Origin: Planctomycetota bacterium
GTDB lineage: Bacteria > Planctomycetota > SZUA-567 > H5-PLA8
Length of the DNA: 64,000 bases
Assembly (NCBI GenBank): GCA_045863855.1
Contig: BTVV01000004.1
Coordinates: 1 to 64,000, forward strand
Direction: 5' to 3'
Shown here in pieces: positions 55,901 to 64,000 of this stretch. The notes under the pieces are model-generated. The model saw nothing but the letters and a program-made list of their open reading frames with translations. It had not been told where the DNA came from and ran no database searches. The position numbers and the translations under genes are program-made. Position 1 is the first letter of the stretch; each line of letters starts with the position of its first letter.

Positions 55901-57745
55901 CGAGGCGTCGGCCGTGTCGTGCACTTGCAACACCAACTGCAGCGGCCCAGGCACTTGCTCCCATTTGCCAGCAATCGATTTCAAATCGATCGCGCGGGAA
56001 TCGGACGCGCCAGCGGCCAAGGTAACGGCGTATCGCCCCACGCCCAGTTCTTCACCGGCTCCGTCGCGCACCGACCACACAACCTGGACATTCCGTGAGC
56101 CGGTCGTCCAACCGTTATGCACGGTCGCCCACGCATTCGCAGCGGGTGCGAACGCATGTGCGGGCGCGTCGTAGCCCAGAAAGGCGCGCAGGCAATCGGC
56201 CTGCGCGAGTTGCGTCGTCACATACGCCGGCCCGATCAACACGCGCCCTTTCACGGAGCCCTGTCCGTCCACGCGCAGCGCCGTCCATTCGAGCGGGTAA
56301 TCGACGCCGCCCGTCGACCCCTCGGGCGAATTACCGCCCAAGCCGTTGCCCGGAAGCGCCACCTCCACATACTTCCAACCTGTGAAGTCGAGCTTGGCGA
56401 GTTCCAATTCTCCGTTCACCATGCGCTGCCAGATCTGGTTGTACGGTCCGATGCTGTTGGTGTGGTCCAGGATCAGGACAGAGAGCTTCGCGCCGCTGCC
56501 GTCGCCGTGAACCCAAAGACCCAGCCGATAGGCGTTGCCCGGCAGGTAACGATCCACACCGGTGAATGCGACAGCCTCGCCGTCAAAATCGATCGCCATC
56601 GCGTAACGAGCCTGAGGCGGCGCGCCTTCGTCGCCTGCCGGAACTTCGACGCGCGATAGCTTCGTCACCGTCTGAACATCGCGGGAGACGCGCTGTCGCT
56701 CCATCAGCACTTGTTCGATCCAGCCGCGGGTATTCTTGAATGCGGGCTGGCCTACGCCCGACGTCAGCCAGCGCCCTTCCACGTCGGAGAAGTCGTCGAG
56801 CAGCCATTTCGTATTCCCGACCACCAGCGGTTCATCGAGGCGCCGCTCGATCTCCTCGAAGTCCGGCGAGAGCACGTCGCCCGTCAGTCGGAAGGGCGGC
56901 AGGTACGCGCCCGGTTGTTCCGCACGCAGCACACATACGTGTTCCGCCAGCGGACCCGCGGGAACTGGAACGCTAAACTGCTGGCTCGCGACCTGCGCCT
57001 CGTTGCGGTCCAGCACCTTCAACCTGAGCTGAACCTGCGCCGCACTCTTCGAAAAATTGCGCACGTCTACTGCCACTTTGAACTCTTTTTCAAGTCCGCG
57101 CACTCGCGGTCCCAGCAGAGCCGCGGCCAGCGTTACACGAGGCTTATTGGTGAGCGGATAAAGTCGCAGATCGTCCAAGCCCACCTCGCCCTCAAGCACC
57201 GGTGGCTCGCCGTCCTTGGCCTTCCCCGCTCCCAACCCCACTCCCGCCCACCAGCCGAGGTGCCCGTCATCGAGATCCGGAAGCGTCACAGAAAACTCAC
57301 GCCAGCCGGTAAAGTCCAGTTTCACGCCCAGCGACGGAAGATTCTTCCTCTCCTGAAAGCCACCATCCTTGGGTCGGCCGCTTTGAAATCGAAGTTCGAG
57401 GCCATGCCCGTTTCCACTACCTTTAATCCAAACTTTGAGCGTTCCGCCTTGCTTGAACGAAATGCGTCCGTCTTGAAACTGGTAGTTCACATGCGGCTGC
57501 TTCGGATCGAAGCGGTACTTGAGCCGGCCCGCAGCGAGCCCCACCTTGGGCTCCTGTTCGTCGGTATGAATGCCTCCGCCCTGCTGAAAAGCCAACGGTT
57601 CGGTAAAGTTCGCGAGCAGAAAATGCGGCGGCTCGGCGGCGGATTCCACGGCGCGCAGCACAGAGCCGGTTCCGCTCGCCAGCACGAGCGCGAAACCCAA
57701 GCGCAATAACCCGCGGTAAGCCCGCATGGCGTTCTCCGGATTCAT
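52901..57745 (-). CDS. Secreted 1614-aa protein: three CBM11/CIA30-like modules, clan GH-A-like barrel, C-terminal NPCBM/NEW2
   Basis: Three copies of W(I/V)xG(S/D)G(N/S)G...D(F/W)TGW(R/K); W..VE...GNF and WNGP region; C-terminal GLGVWA...GSVQFEIYLDG...GDGNALDAANW. Confidence 0.85.
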   Translation of the reverse strand: MNPENAMRAYRGLLRLGFALVLASGTGSVLRAVESAAEPPHFLLANFTEPLAFQQGGGIHTDEQEPKVGLAAGRLKYRFDPKQPHVNYQFQDGRISFKQGGTLKVWIKGSGNGHGLELRFQSGRPKDGGFQERKNLPSLGVKLDFTGWREFSVTLPDLDDGHLGWWAGVGLGAGKAKDGEPPVLEGEVGLDDLRLYPLTNKPRVTLAAALLGPRVRGLEKEFKVAVDVRNFSKSAAQVQLRLKVLDRNEAQVASQQFSVPVPAGPLAEHVCVLRAEQPGAYLPPFRLTGDVLSPDFEEIERRLDEPLVVGNTKWLLDDFSDVEGRWLTSGVGQPAFKNTRGWIEQVLMERQRVSRDVQTVTKLSRVEVPAGDEGAPPQARYAMAIDFDGEAVAFTGVDRYLPGNAYRLGLWVHGDGSGAKLSVLILDHTNSIGPYNQIWQRMVNGELELAKLDFTGWKYVEVALPGNGLGGNSPEGSTGGVDYPLEWTALRVDGQGSVKGRVLIGPAYVTTQLAQADCLRAFLGYDAPAHAFAPAANAWATVHNGWTTGSRNVQVVWSVRDGAGEELGVGRYAVTLAAGASDSRAIDLKSIAGKWEQVPGPLQLVLQVHDTADASVQAKRVLVLAKPDSEACVADFEEDRPYFGSEPLASSSEQAKQGKRALVLSFDEKKKPLEVHIDRALPGKPTRVSLWVHGDGSGGWLYALQGFEPGATRFQLEASFLLARAVDSNWQNAYRVDWTGWKQVSFDLPLLGEADDRALENAAFLPLFPVGLHLGFDPRGSEMSSGRIFIDDVRVQTHLPLGERLSLQLDAGAVNGFSPDGRLVLSVENLDRSASAEATVKAEWVDSLGVTVGSQDARLTLAPGESRCVTLAETLGPGAYAAHAVLLRGETKADEASQRFVVGDLKVALGDDPGAALKDLNALRKALDERFERVDEDWDWVEHYKGNFQLQSYLQKVGRATSRGLEPYGLLGFSAYWAAGAGFEQAEAGAFSRRKRFIGGAVNIFMAPERQEDWDHYVCETLRGMGAGLPGWLIWNGPDNPGPLYVAPPRFAEMVGSAIRWRDEYAPATKLYIGGMRLPTVLAYLQSLEESGVLKALDGIELRVDMGGLSAEDAYLTQPLAHLQALLDRYGPRPKQILIGDLNWDQDESASGADAFRQAACLSRALLLLHPLGTRTTLDLTGVQGREGTALMERTRYSAPPLKLTSSAYRLKPSWWAVCGLRERLKRWQFVRELTFEEALPGRTRGMLFKDPQGSAVAAIWRIDGGGTIDFGTAGLETAEAEGLFGERRTKSSGGFAIGSAPAYFRFKGSAAEVDAALDRSTILESGEKAPLLRALLEVRSASGSSAYAQEGGQPYRKRVESLGKVTVDGQGLAFDAGGTETLTVEIPAGQALLVRKTFVLEGSGHRMEVRANGKPIGEWDLKASDTQLSSGLREVALLVPADAISGSPKAKLSFKYLEAGNSVGWRVAATAANVLPLTAIGPLHGDQSVPMPIRWGRNAAGGSLRVDTDAFDTGLGVWARSLVEYPLEGRFVRFTGRAGVDAVTGGRGSVQFEIYLDGKRVWASGRMTGLDKAKAFSVDCNAARRLRLVVEDSGDGNALDAANWCETMLQRQE

Positions 57746-59571
57746 TTCTGACCGGCGCGAGAAAGCGCATCGAAGTAACGACTGGTCGCATCTTCGTGCC
57801 GCGCCGGCGCTGCCGCCGCCGCCGCGCCGCCTTCGGCTTTCAATTCGGCTCGCACCACTTTCATCTCGGGTTCGTTGCGCACATTCTTGGGTGGCGTGAC
57901 GAGCAAGTCTTTCGCGCGCTCCAGCCGCTGCAGCTTTTCCAAACCCAGCGCGCCGTCCAGCCCGCCAAGTGCAAAGCCCTTGTCCACGAAACCCGATAGA
58001 TCGGGGCGCACCACCACGAGTTCGATCTGCTCCGAGCGCCCCACGCCGGGGCCAGTTTCGGTATTGTTATCTGTTGCGAACAGTTCCAACCGCACGCGAT
58101 CGCCGGACTCCAACGGCGGTTGCAGTTCCTTGAAGACCTCCTTGAATACGCCATGCACCCGGTCGCGCACCGGATCGATCACGCGCGTAGCCGAACCTTC
58201 GCGGGGCTTTCGGTCCAGGAACTCGTCAACCGTATCGATTTTATAGCTCAATCGCACTTCGGTGACGCCGAAATCGTCCTCGGCTTTCCAGCCAAATCCG
58301 AAAGCCGCGGCTTGGTCCGCCAACAACAGGATTTTCTTCTGCTTCAGCTCGATGCGCGCGCTGGGCGGCCGGTCTGAAAGCAGTTCGATATCGAACGCGA
58401 CCGGATGGGGCATCTCGAATCCCTTGCCGTACTCGCCGGTCAGGTGGATCGCCACGCGTCCGGGCTCCTGCAGCCGGAACGTGAAATGCCCGAATCGTCC
58501 GCTGATCTGCAATGCCTGGCGCGTGCCGTCCTGCCAGGCGACCTGCGAGCGCTCGCCGTGAAGGTTTGTGTTCGCCTTGAAGCTCACCAATACCTCCGTG
58601 CCGGGAAGCCCCGCGAGTTTCGGCACAAGCCCGGTGAGCGTGTAATTCGGGGCGCCGGTGTACGGCGGAGGCGTGATCTCGAAGTGGATCGCTTCAACCA
58701 CCGGAAGATCGCCCACTTTGACTTCAAAACTCGAAGCCGTCCGTTCGCCGTACACGAAAACGTATCGGAACGCCGCCTGCGCGTTCTCGACGACGAACGT
58801 CGCTCGCCCGTCCACCAGCGTCAGCGCATGGGTTTGCCGTTCGCTGCTGGCCGCATCCTCCAGCATGATCTCGGCTTCTCGGCGCATGGCGCCTCGTACA
58901 TTCAATTCGAGCCGCACCGAAGAACCGCGCACCACCGCGATATCGCCGGGTAGCACTTCCAGCTCTACGGGAAAGAGCGTCTCCCACGCCACGGCATACG
59001 CATCATGCAGGCGAGCCATGCGTTGCTGGAGCACCTGCGGCGCGCCAAAGGCCAGTGCGGCCCAAGCGAGCACCACCGCCAGAGCCAGGCCCAGTGCGCG
59101 CCGCGCGTCACGCAGATCGAGCAGACTTTCTAGACGCAGGCTCTCCAGTCCTGCCGCAGCCTGATCGACCAGCCGCTCCACGAAGCGCCGCGTATCGGGA
59201 TGCCCGGATCCGGCCGCCAAATCCCGGCCCAATTGCAGTGAACCGATCAGTCGGTTGTCCAGCGATCCGTGAAGCCGCTCAGCCGCTCGCGCTTCGGACT
59301 CCAGATCCATGCGCATCCGGACCAGCGGCGCGAGCAGCACGACCGACTTCCACGCGCTCCAGCCCGCAGCGAGAACGAACGTGATCAGAAGCGGCCACGC
59401 CGGCAGACCGGCCGCCGCATCCAGCAGCACCCAGCCCAGCAGCATGCCTGGCACGCTGAGGATAAAGCGGCCCATCCCGTGCAACCGGCGCCAGCGCAAC
59501 CGGAAGCGCCCGAAGCGGGCGAGCGCATCTTTCAAGCGCTCGTAGGCTTGAACGGTCGTCGCCGCGCTCAT
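57742..59571 (-). CDS. DUF4175-like membrane protein with Ig-like domains
   Basis: N-terminal TM helices, PGD..V.RG, PPPYTG, D..P, AEDDFGV, ATDNN motifs typical of vWA-cluster partners. Confidence 0.75.
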   Translation of the reverse strand: MSAATTVQAYERLKDALARFGRFRLRWRRLHGMGRFILSVPGMLLGWVLLDAAAGLPAWPLLITFVLAAGWSAWKSVVLLAPLVRMRMDLESEARAAERLHGSLDNRLIGSLQLGRDLAAGSGHPDTRRFVERLVDQAAAGLESLRLESLLDLRDARRALGLALAVVLAWAALAFGAPQVLQQRMARLHDAYAVAWETLFPVELEVLPGDIAVVRGSSVRLELNVRGAMRREAEIMLEDAASSERQTHALTLVDGRATFVVENAQAAFRYVFVYGERTASSFEVKVGDLPVVEAIHFEITPPPYTGAPNYTLTGLVPKLAGLPGTEVLVSFKANTNLHGERSQVAWQDGTRQALQISGRFGHFTFRLQEPGRVAIHLTGEYGKGFEMPHPVAFDIELLSDRPPSARIELKQKKILLLADQAAAFGFGWKAEDDFGVTEVRLSYKIDTVDEFLDRKPREGSATRVIDPVRDRVHGVFKEVFKELQPPLESGDRVRLELFATDNNTETGPGVGRSEQIELVVVRPDLSGFVDKGFALGGLDGALGLEKLQRLERAKDLLVTPPKNVRNEPEMKVVRAELKAEGGAAAAAAPARHEDATSRYFDALSRAGQK

Positions 59572-61832
59572 GCCATCCCGCTCCGTTTGCGTAACCAGCA
59601 GTCCAACGTCACGATTCCAAGCAGCAGGAACAAGACCAGCGGCAGGTTCCAGACCGCCACCGCTTGCGTGCGTTCGGTGACCCGAGCTTTCTCATCCAGC
59701 TTGGCAAACAGTGACTCGACCGCCCGCGCCGGATCCAGCACCTCGCCCCCGGTCGCTAGTGCAAAGCGTTCCAGCGCCGCGCGGTCAGCCGACGTGTGGT
59801 CGAACTCCTGCCCCGTGCCGCCGGCATGCACCGTCTTCACGGCCTCCTGCCCGTCGTAGATGCTGCGGACTTCCCATGTGCCAGGCTCGTCGAGCCGCAC
59901 GTCGTACTCGTACAGGCCTGGCGCTTCGCGGCCGTCGGCGGGAAAGATGGTCCATGCGCGTCCCGAGGGGCTCTTGACCTCCACACGCAGATTGGCCTGG
60001 CGCACGGGCAGGTAGAGCTTGTCGACCAGCCGCGTGCTCAGCGCCAGTGTCTCGCCCACGGCCGCTGAATCGCGCGTGGCTTGAATCTGCGGCCGGCCAG
60101 GTCGCACGCGCGGGTCGGGCGCCAACGCACGCACCGCATTACCCCAAAAGATGCGGTAATAATCCTTCCCTTGCTCCGGGCGCTGCATTTCCCAATTCCA
60201 GGTCGTATCGACGGCCATCGAAAAAACCTGGCCTTTGCCGGCATGCTGGGCTGCCATGAGCGGAAGGGTCTCGTTCGATAGCGGCCGCGTGGCCAGAAGC
60301 ATCGCGCCGGGCTTGACGCCGCCCACTCGATTGCAGCCTTCGAGCGGCGGCAAGTCGTCCCACGCTTCGCGATTGGCTTCGGGATCCGCCTCCAGCCGCA
60401 TGAGCGGATGACTCAAGCCCAGGGGTGTGGCAACCAGTTGAAATTCCTTGGGCTCCTGAGCCTTAGGAGTTGTCTGCAACGTAAAGGGCAGGACCTGCGC
60501 CAGCGGCGAATCTTCGTAGCCACCGGCCTCGTAGACGCTGCGCCCGCCCAGCGTGATCAATCCGCCCCCGCGCCTGCGCACGAAGTCGGCCAACCAGCGC
60601 ATTTTGGTCTCGGCCAAGTCCCCGTTTTGTCGAAAATACGAACGCGGAATGTCGCCAAGAACGATCACGTCGTAGGCATACAAGTCGGCTTCTTCGGCGG
60701 GCAACCCGGCGCTAACATCCTTATGCTTCAAGGCGCCCTGCGCGTACCAACCACCGCTGGGGAGCATCGTCAGCATGGCCAGATCCACCACCGGATCGCG
60801 CGCCAGCCAATGCCCTAGAATCTTGCGTTCGTCGCGCGGGATATCGAGGTAGAGCACCTTGATCTTCTCGTCGAGCACCTGGACGCGATGTACGCTCACC
60901 AGCAACCGCTCGGCGGCCGATTCCTTCAGCCCTTCGGCCTCGATCCGGTACATCGCCAGACCCGCGCGAGTCGGTACCAGCGCGAAATTGACGTCCAACG
61001 GAGTTTCGCCCAAGCGCAGCGGCCCGCGAATCTCAAGCGGTTCTTCCTTGCCGGCTTCGAAGAGCTTGAAGCGAACTTGCTGCTCTTCCTTCCGGCCGCC
61101 TTCCAGCCGCGCCGCCAGCGTTAGCGTATCGCCCAGCCGAACGAACGGGACGGCGAGCACATCCTTCAGTCGCGGGACGGGCACCTCTTCCGTGCTCCCC
61201 AAGCAGACGGGGTAGACCGGAAGGCCGCGCGCCGCAAACTTAGGAGCCACGAAACCACCGGTGTTCCGCGTGGTATCGCGCCCGTCGGTAAGTACCACAA
61301 CACCCTGTACATCCTGTTCCCGAGCCAACGTCTCCTCGAGGGCCTCGAACAAGCGCGTCTGCTCTCGGAGGTCCGAGGCTTCGTCGTTCGCGGCAAGTTC
61401 GCGCCCGAAACAGTAAGGTGCGATCTCCACTCGGCCGGCCAGGCGCTCGGCCAACTCCGTGCGCAAGCGTTCCGCCGCGGCTCGGCGCGTGGATCCTGCC
61501 GCATCGGCGATCTGCATGGAATCGGAAACGTCCAAGAGCACCGCAAGGCGCGGCGGCGCGGAATGTACATAAGTGACGCGCGCTTCCAACTGCACCAGCA
61601 GGGCCAGAATCAATGCGCAACCCGCGAGACGCAGCAACGAAGTGTACACGCGCAACCGGGTCGGCATCGTATTCGACGGCAGCCAGCTCAAACCGGCCAG
61701 CGCCAGAAACCCCAGGCCCGCCGCCACCCACGCCCACACGGGCCACGGCGCCGCGGCGTACCAGTCCCAGTTCGCCAGCCGTTCGACGGCATGCGGTCGG
61801 TCCAGGCCGAGGAGATCGTACAGCCAGCCCAT
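59568..61832 (-). CDS. Membrane vWA + class I glutamine-amidotransferase-like protein
   Basis: MIDAS DVSDSM and LTDG; YDVIVLGDI, GGGLITLGG, DTTWNW; C-terminal TM ending WLRKRSG. Confidence 0.85.
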   Translation of the reverse strand: MGWLYDLLGLDRPHAVERLANWDWYAAAPWPVWAWVAAGLGFLALAGLSWLPSNTMPTRLRVYTSLLRLAGCALILALLVQLEARVTYVHSAPPRLAVLLDVSDSMQIADAAGSTRRAAAERLRTELAERLAGRVEIAPYCFGRELAANDEASDLREQTRLFEALEETLAREQDVQGVVVLTDGRDTTRNTGGFVAPKFAARGLPVYPVCLGSTEEVPVPRLKDVLAVPFVRLGDTLTLAARLEGGRKEEQQVRFKLFEAGKEEPLEIRGPLRLGETPLDVNFALVPTRAGLAMYRIEAEGLKESAAERLLVSVHRVQVLDEKIKVLYLDIPRDERKILGHWLARDPVVDLAMLTMLPSGGWYAQGALKHKDVSAGLPAEEADLYAYDVIVLGDIPRSYFRQNGDLAETKMRWLADFVRRRGGGLITLGGRSVYEAGGYEDSPLAQVLPFTLQTTPKAQEPKEFQLVATPLGLSHPLMRLEADPEANREAWDDLPPLEGCNRVGGVKPGAMLLATRPLSNETLPLMAAQHAGKGQVFSMAVDTTWNWEMQRPEQGKDYYRIFWGNAVRALAPDPRVRPGRPQIQATRDSAAVGETLALSTRLVDKLYLPVRQANLRVEVKSPSGRAWTIFPADGREAPGLYEYDVRLDEPGTWEVRSIYDGQEAVKTVHAGGTGQEFDHTSADRAALERFALATGGEVLDPARAVESLFAKLDEKARVTERTQAVAVWNLPLVLFLLLGIVTLDCWLRKRSGMA

Positions 61833-64000
61833 CAGGCTTCCTCCCCCGCCCGCTCACGGCTGCGGCGAATGTTCGCCACGCACGCGGAGACCGCCTCTGC
61901 CGCGTACGCCAGCAGCGCCAATGCCGCAAGCCGCGGCCAAGCTTCGGCGCCCGTATAGACCAAGCTCGCGCCTGCATTCGGCGGAAGAATCTCGATCGGA
62001 ATGCCGGCCGCCTGCGAGAACTCCTGCGGACCGGCCTTCTTCAGGCTGCTCTCGGCGGGCGGAACGAAGGCGGTCACCAGCCGGCCGTATCCGCCTCGCG
62101 TGGCGCCGCCAGACGTCGGCTTACGTAGTTCGTAGATGCCTTGGCGTTGCGGCGGGATCAGTACACGGCCCTGCGCATTCAGCGGCAGGCGTTCGGCCGG
62201 TCCGGCCGCATCTTCCGATCCCGCTGGCGCCGCCAGACCCAGTTCCAGCTCCTCAAGAAACGCGAACGCACGTTCCGAAGCATCGAGCACCGCGGGCTGC
62301 ATCGCCGGAACGACATCCGCCGGACGCGCTTCATGCCGCTGCGTCAGGTAATCCACCACGCGCCACATGAACGCCGGAAACGGGCGGATCAGCGCAAGGT
62401 TTCCGCGATCCAGTTCCAGCCCAAGCATCCACTGCAGGACGCGCCCCTCCCCCAGTTTCGATTCGAGTATCAGCGGGTGCCCTTGCGTGCTGAACAGGAT
62501 GGATTGCGTTCCTTCGGCCATGGCGCGCACTTCCCGGATGCGTCCCAGCCGAACCTTGCTCAAATCGCCGCCTTCTCCATCGACAAAGGGCCGCCAAAGC
62601 GCGTGGCGCTGGCCTTCCATCCGGAACGAAGCTGCCGGTTCGAGCGCGATCTCGTTCCCCAATTGGGCCGGCGCCAACGGCGGCGCGGAGGGCGTGCCCG
62701 AGGCCAGCGTCCGATTGAAGACCGGCGCCGAGCAGTGCTTCGAGCAAACGATCAGGAGCGCGTGCCCCTCGTTTACGTAGGTCCGCAGATCCGCGAGGTT
62801 CTCGGTCGGCAACGACGAAACATCGTACAGGACGACGATGTCGTACTTGCTCAGCACCTCCGCGCGCAGTTCGGGCGCCAGGATCCGCTTCGTATGAATG
62901 CCGGTGCCTTCGGCGAGCCCCAATTCGCGGCCGGGATTAAGCACATATTGCAGGATGCGCCCGCCATCGACTTCGGAACCGGCGACGGCCTCGCCCGAAT
63001 CGGCGGGTTGTCCCGGAAGCGCTTGGATCTGCGGTCCGGCCGCACCGCTTTCGCCCATCACAATCAGCACCCGGCGCAAGTCGGCCACCTTTAAGGGAAC
63101 TCGAAACGCGTCGTCCAGCGCGTACGCGTCCGAGTCGATCTGAAGTTCGGCGATCGTGCGCAGACTCATGTTGATCGGCTGCGTCAATTCGACGAAGGCT
63201 TCGCCCCCCGCCGCGAGGTTCAACGCTTTCGTGTGCGCGGCCTTTCGAGCGCCCAGCATCAACTGCACTTTGACTTCCGCCGCTTCCGGTCCGTGGTTCA
63301 CCACATGCGCCAGCAGATGCGCATCGTCGCCCACGTTGACCTCAGGCTTGCGCAGACGGGCGTATTCGATGGCGACATTCCCCGCACGGTCTCCGTGCGA
63401 GACATCCAGCAGCGCGACACGCAGGCTGGCGCCGTGCGCTTCCGCCGCCGCGGCGATGCGTTCCAGGTCGGCCTGCTTGCGCGGATAAAGCGCGCTGGCC
63501 CGGTAATCGGACAGCAGCACGATCTGCGTGCAGCCTTCACGCCGCCCCGCCGCCAGTTCGATCGCCTTGCTTAGTCCCGCCGTCAGTCCGCAGCCTTCCC
63601 CATCGATGGGTTCCGCCCGCGCCAGCGCCTCGCTCGCCGCGGCCGTACCTTGCGTGAGCGGCAGGATGCTTTGGGCTTCGGTGCCGGCGAGTACGATTCC
63701 GCAGCGGCTCGCGGCATGTTCGGAATCCAGCAATTCCGCGCCGAGCGCTTTTGCGCGGTCGAAGTAGCGCTCCGCCTGGATCGTTCCATTCACCGTGACA
63801 TGCCGCTGCATGCTCGCCGAAGCGTCGAGCACCAGGATCAGGTTTCGCGGAGCCGGTTCGCTGCCGGGCCACGCGAAGCGTGCCATCGCCAGCACCAGAA
63901 GCAGCATCGCCAGCAACCGCAGCAGCAGTTGAATTCGGTCGATCAGTCGCGGAGCGAAAACATTGGTTTGGCGCGTATCGGCCAGAAAGCGCAGCGACGG
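61832..64000 (-). CDS. BatA-domain + vWA + CARDB/GATase-like membrane protein (5' end beyond window)
   Basis: Frame is open to the edge: PSLRFL...LLLRLLAMLLLVLAMAR (BatA-like); MIDAS DASASM and LLSD; DAYALDD; C-terminal TM. Confidence 0.85.
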   Translation of the reverse strand, partial: PSLRFLADTRQTNVFAPRLIDRIQLLLRLLAMLLLVLAMARFAWPGSEPAPRNLILVLDASASMQRHVTVNGTIQAERYFDRAKALGAELLDSEHAASRCGIVLAGTEAQSILPLTQGTAAASEALARAEPIDGEGCGLTAGLSKAIELAAGRREGCTQIVLLSDYRASALYPRKQADLERIAAAAEAHGASLRVALLDVSHGDRAGNVAIEYARLRKPEVNVGDDAHLLAHVVNHGPEAAEVKVQLMLGARKAAHTKALNLAAGGEAFVELTQPINMSLRTIAELQIDSDAYALDDAFRVPLKVADLRRVLIVMGESGAAGPQIQALPGQPADSGEAVAGSEVDGGRILQYVLNPGRELGLAEGTGIHTKRILAPELRAEVLSKYDIVVLYDVSSLPTENLADLRTYVNEGHALLIVCSKHCSAPVFNRTLASGTPSAPPLAPAQLGNEIALEPAASFRMEGQRHALWRPFVDGEGGDLSKVRLGRIREVRAMAEGTQSILFSTQGHPLILESKLGEGRVLQWMLGLELDRGNLALIRPFPAFMWRVVDYLTQRHEARPADVVPAMQPAVLDASERAFAFLEELELGLAAPAGSEDAAGPAERLPLNAQGRVLIPPQRQGIYELRKPTSGGATRGGYGRLVTAFVPPAESSLKKAGPQEFSQAAGIPIEILPPNAGASLVYTGAEAWPRLAALALLAYAAEAVSACVANIRRSRERAGEEA

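Overview
GC-rich bacterial DNA. The gene repertoire (membrane Hanks-type Ser/Thr kinases with DLG motifs, DUF4388, DUF4159, BatA/vWA and PQQ-propeller giants) suggests a Planctomycetota-like organism; this is inference. Main contents, left to right: (1) a >1295-aa secreted CBM9-like protein running off the left edge; (2) an in-frame CysE-TrpC fusion that ends in a CysE-type CysK-docking tail (EYAI). It is preceded by a sigma70 promoter and a 36-aa leader ORF, too short for the ORF track, containing Trp and Cys-Cys-Cys, whose codons base-pair over the cysE ribosome-binding region. This candidate translational attenuator is the best 'new system' candidate. Then larC, a glutathione peroxidase and an ACP; (3) a signalling region: MglA with a Pro-rich linker and C-terminal membrane anchor, MglB, a DUF4388-TPR-TM-PQQ protein, two membrane Ser/Thr kinases and a PilZ-MshEN-PilZ protein, with MshEN-like motifs recurring; (4) housekeeping genes (purE, DEAD-box helicase, YchF-like, RluA-family, sdhCAB); (5) a >23-kb minus-strand BatA/vWA-GATase-DUF4159 cluster carrying giant secreted carbohydrate-binding proteins, one with an apparently inactivated clan GH-A domain. 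No tRNA, rRNA, CRISPR array or mobile element was recognised. Domain calls come from motif recognition by eye, not database searches.
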